Shown here piece after piece: positions 21,521-33,900 of a stretch of DNA of 64,000 nucleotides. The notes below the pieces were generated by a model that worked only from the letters and a program-made list of their open reading frames with translations, was not told where the DNA came from and made no database searches. Positions within the stretch are counted from its first letter, which is position 1. Each line of letters begins with the position of its first letter. The stretch is from an uncultured Poribacteria bacterium (GTDB lineage Bacteria > Poribacteria > WGA-4E > WGA-3G): assembly GCA_951828515.1 (NCBI GenBank), contig OX639992.1, positions 4,304,509 to 4,368,508 on the forward strand, in the 5' to 3' direction. Made by a program: the position numbers and the translations under genes.

Positions 21521-21978
21521 GACAATTAACCTCGCACATTCCCCCCAATCCGACCTCGTTTCCAAATTACCCCTCTGTTTTTGAAAAAAACCGCTGAAAT
21601 TCATGAAATTGTGCCTTTTTCGGGCAAGTTATACAAATTTGATTTGACTTGTATTTCGGACTAAAGTATGCTTTAATCTTAATAGGTCAATAAAAAATAT
21701 TGAAAAAAATTGTGAAAATAGACCTAAAAGGACACTGGTATTTTTGCGGAGACGGAGATCTTGCCACGTCTTCTATATTTCACAAAAAAATTTGTGTGAG
21801 AGATACGTGTGGGTATCCCTGTTCACAAACCGATGTCTTATAATGTAGGTTGGTCGCGCCACAAGCGAAACCCAACGCTACCCTAAAATGGAAGAAACTG
21901 AAACTATGAAACGTTTTTCGGTGCTTTTTGCGATTTCACTGGCACTCATTTGTATCCCTTGTATCACGAGTGCTCAAG
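21521..21978 (+). repeat. Copy 2 of promoter/leader/signal-peptide block; promoter TTGACT-17-TATGCT at 21644-21672
   Basis: Alignment to 16382-16961. Confidence 0.9.
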
Positions 21979-24900
21979 GAAATGCTGCGCCAACGTTCAC
22001 CGATGGAGATAGCACGACGCGCTCGGTTGCGGAGAATACGGCGGCAGGCGAAACTATCGGTAGTGCCGTAGCCGCAACGGATACCGATACCGGCGATACC
22101 CTAACCTACACGCTCGGTGGCACGGATGCGTCTTCGTTTGACATTGTCAGCACAAGCGGGCAGCTACAGACCAAAGATGCCCTCGACTATGAGACCGGCA
22201 ACTCCTACGAAGTGACAGTCTCTGTCTCTGATAGCACCGACACCGATACCATCACCGTCACGATCAATGTCACGAATGTCAACGAGGCACCGACGTTCCC
22301 TGATACCACCAACACAACCCTTGAAGTAACAAATCACACACCGGTAGGCACAAACATCGACCCCGCAGTCTCCGCAACCGACCCCGATGTCACCGCCACG
22401 AACACGGATGTCAATCCTGACAATGCTATTGTTGATGCTTTGACGTATACGCTCGGTGGCACGGATGCGTCCTCATTTGAGATTGATGCCGAAACCGGGC
22501 AGCTGCGAACTGTGGAAGGTGTTGCGTTTGACCGCACAATCCAGTCGTCCTATAGCGTGACCGTCACCGCCTCCGATGGCGAGTTCAGTGTCGAAATCTC
22601 AGTAGGTATCACTGTTGTGCTGACCCCGCCCAACGAGCGCACACCGCAGGTACAGGATGCTATCGTTGACGCACTCCCCCATAGAAGTTCTATCGACGAT
22701 GTGACACTTGACGATCTGCGTCTGATTACACATATTCGGATGTGGGATCTTTACGTCCCAGATATGGTGGACCTCACTGCACTGCAAGCGGGGGATTTCG
22801 ATGGATTCACCGAAGTAACGAATATCAGGATACACGGTGCCAACTTGACCACGTTGCCAGAAGGTCTTTTTTCTGGACTCACCAAATTGCAGTATCTCAA
22901 TCTGGGGCATGTCGGTCCCCTTAGTACTGCCATCAGCCTAATTGGTAACCAATTGAGCGAGTTGCCTGCGGATATCTTTGACGGACTCACCGCATTGGAG
23001 GAGCTCCATCTGGGGGATAACAACTTAGGAGAGAACGACTTGCCTGCGGATATCTTTGACGGACTCACCGCATTGAAGCAGATCTGGCTGAATAATAACG
23101 AGTTGACCACGTTGCCAGAAGGTCTTTTTTCTGGACTCACATTGAACAGGCTCCATCTGCAGGAGAACGACTTGGGAGAGGGCGGCTTGCCGGAGGGTCT
23201 TTTTGATGGAGCCACCGTGGGGTCGATAAATCTGTGGCATAACGACTTGAGCGAGTTGCCGGAGGGTATCTTTGACGGACTCACCACATTGTGGAATCTT
23301 TCTCTGGGTAATAACGACCTCAGTGTGTTGCCTGCGGGTATCTTTGACGAACTCACCGCATTGGGAAGTCTCGGTCTGGGTAGTAACGACTTGAGCGAGT
23401 TGCCGGAGGGTATCTTTGACAAACTCACCGCATTGTGGGAGCTCGGTCTGCAGCATAATGAGTTGAGCGAGTTGCCTGCGGATATCTTTGACGAACTCAC
23501 CGCATTGACAGGTCTCGGTCTGGCTAGTAACGACCTCAGTGTGTTGCCTGCGGGTATCTTTGACGGACTCACCAAATTGGAGGAGCTCTATCTGGATGGT
23601 AACGTGTTCAGCACGTTGCCGGAGGGTATCTTTGGCGGACTCACCGCATTGACAATTCTCGATCTGGAAAGTGACTTGGTGTCTTCGTTTCGTGTACCCG
23701 TGTCGATAGAGGAGGTGAGTGGGGGAGCGTTCAAGGCAACGGCACCCACCGGCGCACCGTTTCCGATAGTCCTATCACTTACCGTTACCAAGGGCACCCT
23801 GAGTGAAACGACAGTTACAATCCCTACCGGGGCACTTGAGAGCGACGCATTTGTAGTGGTGCCTACCCCCGGCGAGACGATCGCTGCTGTCAATGTGGAT
23901 ATCGACGAGCCACTGCCCAGTATACCGTCCACTCATAATGGATACAACCTCGTCTATAAAGATATACGAGCACCCAACGTTAGTATCATGGTGCCGACGG
24001 GGGTGCAGAATGGCGAGTTTGAGGTGACGGTGGTCTTTAATGAAGAGGTGCGGTTTTTTGAGCAGATAGGGCTCTTTATGAAGGGCACATCAGAACCGAG
24101 TATAGCGGAATGGAATCCGCAGGAAGGTGGCACCGACTACAAAGCCACGATTACCACCGTCCGTAGCGGCACGGCGATCTTCGAGGTTGCTGCGTCTAGA
24201 GCCGCGGACTTTTCACATAATCTGAACACCGCTGCGGAGCAGAAAACAGTGAATATCCTCATCGGACCGACGTTCAGCGATGGGGATAGCACAACGCGCG
24301 CGGTGAATGAGAATACCGCAGCGGGGGAAAACATTGGGACCCCAGTAGCGGCAACCGACCCCGATAGCGATGATATCCTAACCTACACGCTCGGTGGCAC
24401 CGATGCGTCCTCATTTGATATTGATGCCGAAACCGGGCAACTGCAAACCAAAGCAGAACTTGACTATGAGACCGACGACTCCTATACCGTGACAGTCTCT
24501 GTCTCTGATGGCAACAGCGGTACTGACGCTATTGATGTCACCATCGAGGTCACGAATGTCAACGAGGCTCCGAAATTTGCCACAACCACCGCCACACGTT
24601 CCATCGCAGAGAACACCGCAGCAGGCATAGATATCGGCGAACCAGTGGCGGCAACCGACCCCGATGTCGCCGGCACGAACACAGATGTCAATCCTGACGA
24701 TGCGACTGTTGATGCTTTGACATACACGCTCGGTGGCACGGATACCGCGTCATTTGCTATTGATTCCGATACCGGGCAGTTGGAAACCAAAGTCGCACTC
24801 GACTATGAAACCAAGGACAGTTACGAAGTGACCGTCACCGCCTCCGATGGTGGCACGGATACCGCCTCTATCACCGTTACTATCAACATCACGGATGTCA

Positions 24901-27900
24901 ACGAGGACGTTCCCAATAGTGCGCCGACATTCACTGCTGGGGATAGCACGACGCGCTCAGTTGCGGAGAACACGGCGGCAGGCGAAGACATCGGTAGTGC
25001 CGTAGCCGCAACGGATACCGATATCGGCGATACCCTAACCTACACGCTCAGTGGCACCGATGCGTCCTCATTTGCGATTGTCAGCACAAGCGGGCAGCTA
25101 CAGACCAAAGATGCCCTCGACTATGAGACCGACAACTCCTACGAAGTGACAGTCTCTGTCTCTGATAGCATCGACACCGATACCATCACCGTCACGATCA
25201 GTGTCACGAATGTCAACGAGGCACCGGCATTTGCCACAACCACGACCACGCGTTCCATCGCAGAGAACACCGCAGCATCAACAGATATCGGCACCGCAGT
25301 CTCCGCGACGGATCCGGATGTCGCCGGGACGAACACGGATGTTAATCCTGATGATCCTAATGTTGATGCTTTGACGTACACGCTCGGTGGCACGGATGCC
25401 GCATCGTTTGATATTGTCAGCACAAGCGGGCAGCTGCAAACCAAATTGGCACTCGACTATGAGACTGACAACTCCTATTCCGTGACCGTCACCGTCTCCG
25501 ATGGTGGCACGGATACCGCCTCTATCACCGTTACTATCAACATCACGAATGTCAACGAGGCACCGAAATTTGCCACAACCACCGCCACGCGTTCCATCGC
25601 AGAGAACACCGCAGTAGGCACAGCTATCGGCGAACCAGTGGCGGCAACCGACCCCGATGGCACGACAGATGTCAATCCTGAGGATGATAATGTTGATGCC
25701 TTGACGTACACGCTTGGTGGCACGGATGCCGCCTCATTTGTTATTGATTCCGAAACCGGGCAGTTGAAAACCAAGGTCGCCCTCGACTATGAAACCAAGG
25801 ACAGTTACGAAGTGACCGTCACCGTCTCCGATGGTGGCACGGATACCGCCTCTATCACCGTTGTTATCAACATCACGACTGCGCCAACGTTCACCGATGG
25901 AGCTAGCACGACGCGCTCGGTTGCGGAGAACACGGCAGCAGGCGAAGCCATCGGTAGTGCCGTAGCCGCAACGGATGCCGATAGCGGCAATACCCTAACC
26001 TACACGCTCGGTGGAGACCCGGATGCGGCATCGTTTACGATTGTCAGCACAAGCGGGCAGCTGCAGACCAAAGATGCCCTCGACTATGAAACCAAGGACA
26101 GTTACGAAGTGACCGTCACCGCCTCCGATGACAACGACAGCACTGACGCTATTACGGTGACTATCAATGTAACCAACGTCAACGAGGCACCGACATTCCC
26201 TGGTACTGGTACCACCGCCACGCGTTCCATCGCAGAGAACACGGGGACAGGTGAAAACATCGGTGCCGCAGTGTCCGCGACGGACCCCGATGGCACGACA
26301 GATGTTAATCCTACAGATGCGACTGTTGATGCTTTGACGTACACCCTCGGTGGCACGGATGCCGCCTTATTTGCTATTGATGCCGATACCGGGCAGCTGC
26401 AAACAGTGGCAGGTGTTGTGTTTGACCGCACAATCCAGTCGTCCTATAGCGTGACCGTCACCGCCTCCGACGGCGAGTTCATGGTCACAATCTCAGTAGA
26501 TATCACTGTTGTGGTAACGCCGGTATGTGACCGCACGCCACAGATACGGGCTGCCATCATTGCCGCCGTGCCAGGCGTGACCGACTGCGCTGACGTGACG
26601 GAGACGCATCTCGCTGCGATTCCGACTCTTAATGTGTCCAGCCAGGGCATCACGACACTGAAAGCCGGCGATTTTGATGGTCTCACAACACTGATAACGC
26701 TCAACCTGAACGCCAACCGGCTTAGCACACTCCCGGCAGGAGTGTTTGATGAACTCACGGCATTGACAACGCTCAACCTGCGCCACAACCAGATGATGAC
26801 ACTCCCGGCGGATGTGTTTGATGAACTCACAGCACTCACAAATCTCAACCTGAATCGTAACCAGATTAGCGAACTCCGGGCAGAAGTGTTTGATAAACTC
26901 ACAGCCCTGACAGTGCTCTACTTGGACAACAACCAGATGATGACACTCCGGGAGGATGTGTTTGATAAACTCACGGCACTGACAACGCTCAGCCTGAACG
27001 CCAACCAGCTTAGCGAACTCCCGGCGGGTGTGTTTGATGAACTCACGGCATTGACAACGCTCTTCCTGAACCACAACCAGATGATGACACTCCGGGAGGA
27101 TGTGTTTGATAAACTCACAGTACTCACAACGCTCTTCCTGAACAACAACCTGCTTAGCGAACTCCCGGCGGATGTGTTTGATAAACTCACAGCCCTGACA
27201 TCACTCAGCCTGGGCGCAAACCTGCTTAGCGAACTCCCGGCGGATGTGTTTGATAAACTCACAGCCCTGACAGCGCTCAGCCTGAGCGACAACCTGCTTA
27301 GTGCCCTACCGGCGGAGGTGTTTAAGGGGCTTACAGCACTCACAGAACTCTACCTGAGCGAGAATACCGTTGATCCATTGCCCGTGACGGTCTCACTAAA
27401 GAAGGGTGCAGAAGGGGCGTTCAAAGCCACGGCACACACCGGGGCACCCTTCGCTATAGCGTTACCGGTCACCGTTACCAGCGGGACCCTCGATGGGGAT
27501 GCCACCACGATTACAGTCCCCATCGGTGACGTGGAAAGTGACCCCCTGACTGTGACGCGCACAGCTGGCACAACGGCTGCTGTCACCGTGGATATTGGCA
27601 CCTTGCCCGACTTGCCTTCAGACCATAACGGATACGCCCTCGTCAAATCTGCTGACCTTCCGCTTGAAATCTTCGAGGACGTATCCAATGCTGCGCCAAC
27701 GTTCAGTGCTGGAGATAGCACGACGCTCTCAGTTGCGGAGAATACGGCGGCAGGCGAAGACATCGGTAGTGCCGTAGCCGCAACGGATACCGATACCGGC
27801 GATACCCTAACCTACACGCTCGGTGGCACGGATGCGTCCTCATTTGCGATTGTCAGCACAAGCGGGCAGCTACAGACCAAAGATGCCCTCGACTATGAGA

Positions 27901-30900
27901 CCGACAACTCCTACGAAGTGACAGTCTCTGTCTCTGATGGCACCGACACCGATACCATCACCGTCACGATCAGTGTCACGAATGTCAATGAGGCTCCGAA
28001 ATTTGCCACGACCACCGCCACGCGTTCTATCGCAGAGAACACCGCAGCATCAACAGATATCGGTGCCGCAGTCTCCGCAACCGACCCCGATGGCACTACA
28101 GATGTCAATCCTGACGATGCGACTGTTGATGCCTTGACGTACACCCTCGGTGGCACGGATGCCGCGTCATTCGATATTGATTCCGAAACCGGGCAGTTGG
28201 AAACCAAAGTCGCACTTGACTATGAGACCGACAACTCCTACGAAGTGACGGTCTCTGTCTCTGATGGCACCGACACCGATACCATCACCGTCACGATCAG
28301 TGTCACGAATGTCAATGAGGCTCCGAAATTTGCCACGACCACCGCCACGCGTTCTATCGCAGAGAACACCGCAGCATCAACAAATATCGGCGCAGTGGTA
28401 TCCGCAACCGACCCCGATGGCACGACAGATGTTAATCCTGATGATGATAATGTTGATGCTTTGACGTACACGCTCGGTGGCACGGATGCGTCTTCGTTTG
28501 CGATTGTCGGCACAAGTGGGCAACTGCAAACCAAATTGGCCCTCGACTATGAGACCGACAACTCATACACCGTGACAGTGAGCGTCTCTGATGGCACGGA
28601 TACCGATTCTATTACCGTTACTATCAACATCACGAATGTCAACGAGGCTCCGAAATTTGCCACAACAACCACGACGCGTTCTATCGCAGAGAACGCCGCA
28701 GTAGGCACAAATATCGGTGCCGCAGTCTCCGCAACCGACCCCGATGGCACTACAGATGTCAATCCTGAAGATGCGAATGTTGATGCTTTGACATACACGC
28801 TCGGTGGCACCGATGCCGCATCGTTTAATATTGTCGGCACAAGTGGGCAACTGCAAACCAAAGTCGCACTCGACCATGAGACGAAGCCCTCCTACGAGGT
28901 GACCGTCACCGCCTCCGATGGTGGCACGGATACCGCCTCTATCACCGTTACTATCAACATCTTAGAAACAACACGACCGAACGTTAGTATCACGGTGCCA
29001 ACGGGCGTGCAAAATGGCGCGTTTGAGGTAACAGTCGTCTTTGATGAAGCGGTGACAGGGTTTGCGCAGTCAGAACTCGTTGTGACTGGGACATCAGGGT
29101 CGAGTATAACGACGTGGAATCCGCAAACAGGCGGCACCGACTACAAAGCCACGATTACACCGACGCAAACAGGGACAGCGATCTTTAAGGTTGCGGCGAG
29201 CGTCGCAAAAGATGCCGCAGAGAATCAGAACACTGCTGCGATACAGCAAACCGTGCAAGTCGATATGACGCGTCCGACAGTAAGTATCACCATCCCATCA
29301 GGTGCGCAAAATGGAGTGTTTGAAGTGACAGTGGTTTTTAGTGAAGCGGTGACGGGATTTGCGCAGTCGGAGCTCGTTGTGACTGGGACATCGGGTGCGA
29401 GTATAACGGCATGGAATCCACAGACGGGCGGCACCGACTATAAAGCCACGATTACACCGACCAGTGGTGGCACGGCGATCTTCAATGTTGCTGAAAATGT
29501 CGCAGAAGATACGGGTGGGAATCAGAACACTGTTGCGACACAGCAAACCGTGCAAGTCGATATGACGAGTCCGACAGTAAGTATTACCATCCCTTCAAGC
29601 GTGCAGAACGCGCCTTTTGACGTGACGGTCGTGTTCAGTGAAGCCGTGACGGGATTTGAGCAGTCGGAACTCGTTGTAACTGGCACGTCAGGATCGAGTA
29701 TAACGGCATGGAATCCGCAGGACGGTGGCACCGACTACAAAGCGACAATCACACCGACGCAAACAGGGACAGCGATCTTTAACGTCGCCGCAAACGTCGC
29801 CGCAGACGCAGCAACTAATCAGAACACTGCTGCGACGCAGCAAACCGTGCAGGTCAACCTCACTCGCCCAACGGTAAGTATCACGATCCCTTCAGATGCA
29901 CAGAATGGCGCGTTTGAAGTGACAGTGGTTTTTAGTGAAGCGGTGACAGGGTTTGCGCAGTCGGAACTCGTTGTGACTGGCACTTCGGGTGCGAGTATAA
30001 CGACGTGGTCTCCGCAAACAGGCGGCACGGACTATAAAGCAACGATTACACCGACCAGTGGTGGCACGGCGATCTTCAATGTTGCTGAAAATGTCGCAGA
30101 AGATACGGGTGGGAATCAGAACACTGTTGCGACACAGCAAACCGTGCAAGTCGATATGACGAGTCCGACAGTGAGTCTTACCATCCCTTCAGGCGTGCAG
30201 AACGCGCCTTTTGACGTGACGGTCGTGTTCAGTGAAGCCGTGACGGGATTTGAGCAGTCGGAACTCGTTGTAACTGGCACGTCAGGATCGACGATAACAG
30301 CGTGGAATCCGCAGGATGGCGGCACCGACTATAAAGCGACGATCACACCCACCAGTAGTGGCACGGCGCTCTTTAATGTTGCCGCAAACGTCGCAGCAGA
30401 CGCAGCAACTAATCAGAACACTGCTGCGACGCAGCAAACCGTGCAAGTCAACCTCACTCGCCCAACGGTAAGTATCACGATCCCTTCAGATGCACAGAAT
30501 GGCGCGTTTGAAGTGACAGTGGTTTTTAGTGAAGCGGTGACAGGGTTTGCGCAGTCAGAGCTCGTTGTGAGTGGCACATCAGGATCGAGTATAACGACGT
30601 GGTCTCCGCAAACCGGCGGCACGGACTATAAAGCCACGATCACACCGACCAGTGGTGGCACGGCAATCTTTAATGTTGCCGCAAATGTCGCCGAAGACAC
30701 AGGTGGGAATCAGAACACTGTTGCGACACAGCAAACCGTGCAAGTCGATATGACGCAGCCGACAGTAAGTATTACCATCCCTTCAAGCGTGCAGAACGCG
30801 CCTTTTGACGTGACGGTGGTGTTCAGTGAAGCCGTGACAGATTTCATTCAGTCGGAACTCGCTGTGAGTGGCACATCCGGCTCGAGTATAACGGCATGGA

Positions 30901-33900
30901 GTCCTCAGACGGGTGGCACCGACTACAAAGCGACAATCACACCGACGCAAACAGGGACAGCGATCTTTAACGTCGCCGCAAACGTCGCCGCAGACGCAGC
31001 AACTAATCAGAACACTGCTGCGACAGAAAAAACCGTGCAAGTCGATAGGACGCAGCCGACAGTAAGTATCACTATCCCTTCAGAAGCACAGAATGGCGCA
31101 TTTGAGGTAACAGTCGTTTTCAGTGAAGCGGTGACAGGGTTTGCGCAGTCAGAACTCGTTGTGAGTGGCACATCAGGATCGAGTATAACGACGTGGTCTC
31201 CGCAAACCGGCGGCACAGACTATAAAGCCACGATTACACCGACCAGTAGTGGCACGGCGATCTTTAACGTCGCCGCAAATGTCGCCAAGGATGCCGTAGA
31301 GAATCAGAATACTGCTGCACCCCAGCAAACCGTGCAAGTCGATATGACGCAGCCGACAGTGAGTCTTACGATCCCTTCAGGCGTGCAGAACGCGCCTTTT
31401 GACGTGACGGTGGTGTTCAGTGAAGCCGTCACAGGTTTCGTTCAGTCAGACCTCGCAGTCAGTGGGACATCGGGGTCGAGTATAACGGCATGGAATCCGC
31501 AGGATGGCGGCACCGACTATAAAGCCACGATTACGCCGACCAGTAGCGGAACAGCGATCTTCAATGTTGCCGCAAACGTCGCAGCAGACGCAGCAACTAA
31601 TCAGAACACTGCGGCGACGCAGCAAACCGTGCAAGTCAACCTCACCCGCCCAACGGTGAGTATTACGACCCCTTCGGATGCGCAGAATGGTGCGTTTGAC
31701 GTGACGGTGGTGTTTAGTGAAGCGGTGACGGGATTTGAGCAGTCGGAGCTCGTTGTGACTGGGACATCGGGCGCAAGTATAACGGCATGGAATCCACAGA
31801 CCGGCGGCACGGACTACAAAGCCACGATTACACCGACGCAAACGGGGACAGCGATCTTCAATGTTGCGGCGAATGTTGCCGAGGACACCGGGAGTAATGG
31901 AAATACCGCTGCATCAGAGCAAACCGTGCAAGTCGATAGGACGCGTCCGACGGTAAGTATCACTATCCCCTCAGGAGCGCAGAACGGCGCGTTTGAGGTA
32001 ACAGTCGTCTTTGATGAAGCCGTGACCGGGTTTGTGCAAAGTGAACTTGTTGTGACTGGCACATCAAGTGCGAGTATAACAGCGTGGAATCCACAGACGG
32101 GCGGCACCGACTATAGAGCCACGATTACACCGACGCAAACGGGGACAGCGATCTTTAACGTCGCGGCGAGCGTCGCAAAAGATGCTGCAGAGAATCAGAA
32201 TATCGCTGCGACACAGCAAACCGTGCAAGTCGATATGACGCTTCCAGCGGTAAGTATCACCACCCCTTCAGGAGCGCAGAATGGTGCGTTTGACGTGACA
32301 GTGGTGTTCAGTGAAGCAATGACGGGATTTGTGCAGTCTGAGCTTATTGTCAGTGGGACATCGGGCGCAAGTATAACAGCGTGGAATCCGCAAACAGGCG
32401 ACACCGACTACAAAGCCGCAATCACACCGACACAGACAGGGACAGCGATCTTTAATGTTTCTGCGAATGTCGCCGAGGACGCAGCGACTAATGGGAACAC
32501 CGCAGCATCAGAGCAAACCGTGCAAGTGGTGCTGGTAATTCCGAGTGCTGTGAGGGATGACAGTCTCGAACCGCTGATGAGCGTCATCAAAGCGGATGGG
32601 ACGCTCTATGATCCTGACGTTGATATATTTACCAGTACCGATCCTGATAACGATCCGGTGACCTTCTCTGTGAACATTGACTTCGGAGAAGCGGTGTCTG
32701 GGTTTGTTCAGGCGGACTTTACAATCAATCAAAGCGGACAGACAGATGACACCTTGATTACCAACTGGGTAGCAGATGTCGATGGTGCCCGCTACACGGC
32801 AAAAATTATCTGTAAGAAAAAGGGGGGCGTGTCGTTTTGGGTAGATGAAAATGTCGCACAATCCGTTGCTACCGATGCATGGAACACGGCATCGGCAAGG
32901 CAGGTCGTGTCAGTATTTTATGATGTGGGGACGCAAGACGACACGCATCCCTTTGTGACGCTTACGGTGCCTCCGGTGGAAGAAGTACAGACGGAAACCT
33001 TTATTGTGACCGTGAGTTTCAACGAGCGGGTTTTCGATTTTACGCAGTCTGACCTGTCTATCGTCCCGCGTTTTCGGCAAAGCGCGCCCCTTGATGAGAA
33101 GCCGCCGGGAAAGGTAGTATCGATTGAAGGGTGGGAGCCGGATGCTGACGGGATGCGTTACACTGCGACGATCGCTCTCCTCGAGGCTCGTCCTCGTGAG
33201 TCGGATGGGAAGATTTACGATCAATTTTGGGTCGGTTTTATGGTTCAGGAGGGGGTTGCCCAGGATGCTGGAGGGAATCCGAATGGTGCCGTAGGTGAAA
33301 AGTTAGTCACAGTCACCCTTCCCAAGGAATCAGATAAGACATCGCCTACTGTGAAGATTGTCCCACCTGATGATTCGCCGGCGGGCGCATTTGATGCGAA
33401 AATCTGTTTCAGTGAGGTAGTGATCGGTTTTACGGAGTCCGACCTCCAAGTCACCGGCACTGCGGGTGCCACGATTACCGACTGGAAAATACAAGAAGAC
33501 GAAGAAGATGAAGAAAATGTGCATGTGTTCATCGCTACACTCACACCGACCCAGGACGGCACTGTGACTCTCAACGTATCTGCCAACGTTGCCAAAGATG
33601 CAGCGGGGAACGGGAATACTGAAGCCACACAGCAGAGTATCACAGTGGCTGGCTTTGACTCACGTCCGACTGTCCGTATTATTGCGTCTGAAGGGGTCAA
33701 TCTGGATCCTTTTCAAGTGACAATCGAATTCAGTGCGGCGGTCACCGACTTTGTGCAGAGCGAACTCTTATGCACCGGGACAGCGGAAATGACGGTTGCC
33801 GACTGGAGTGGCAGCGGTGTGAGTTACACCGCTATGCTCACACCGAAATGTGGAGGGACACTGAGACTTGATGTCGCGAAAGGAGCGGCGAACGCCGGGA

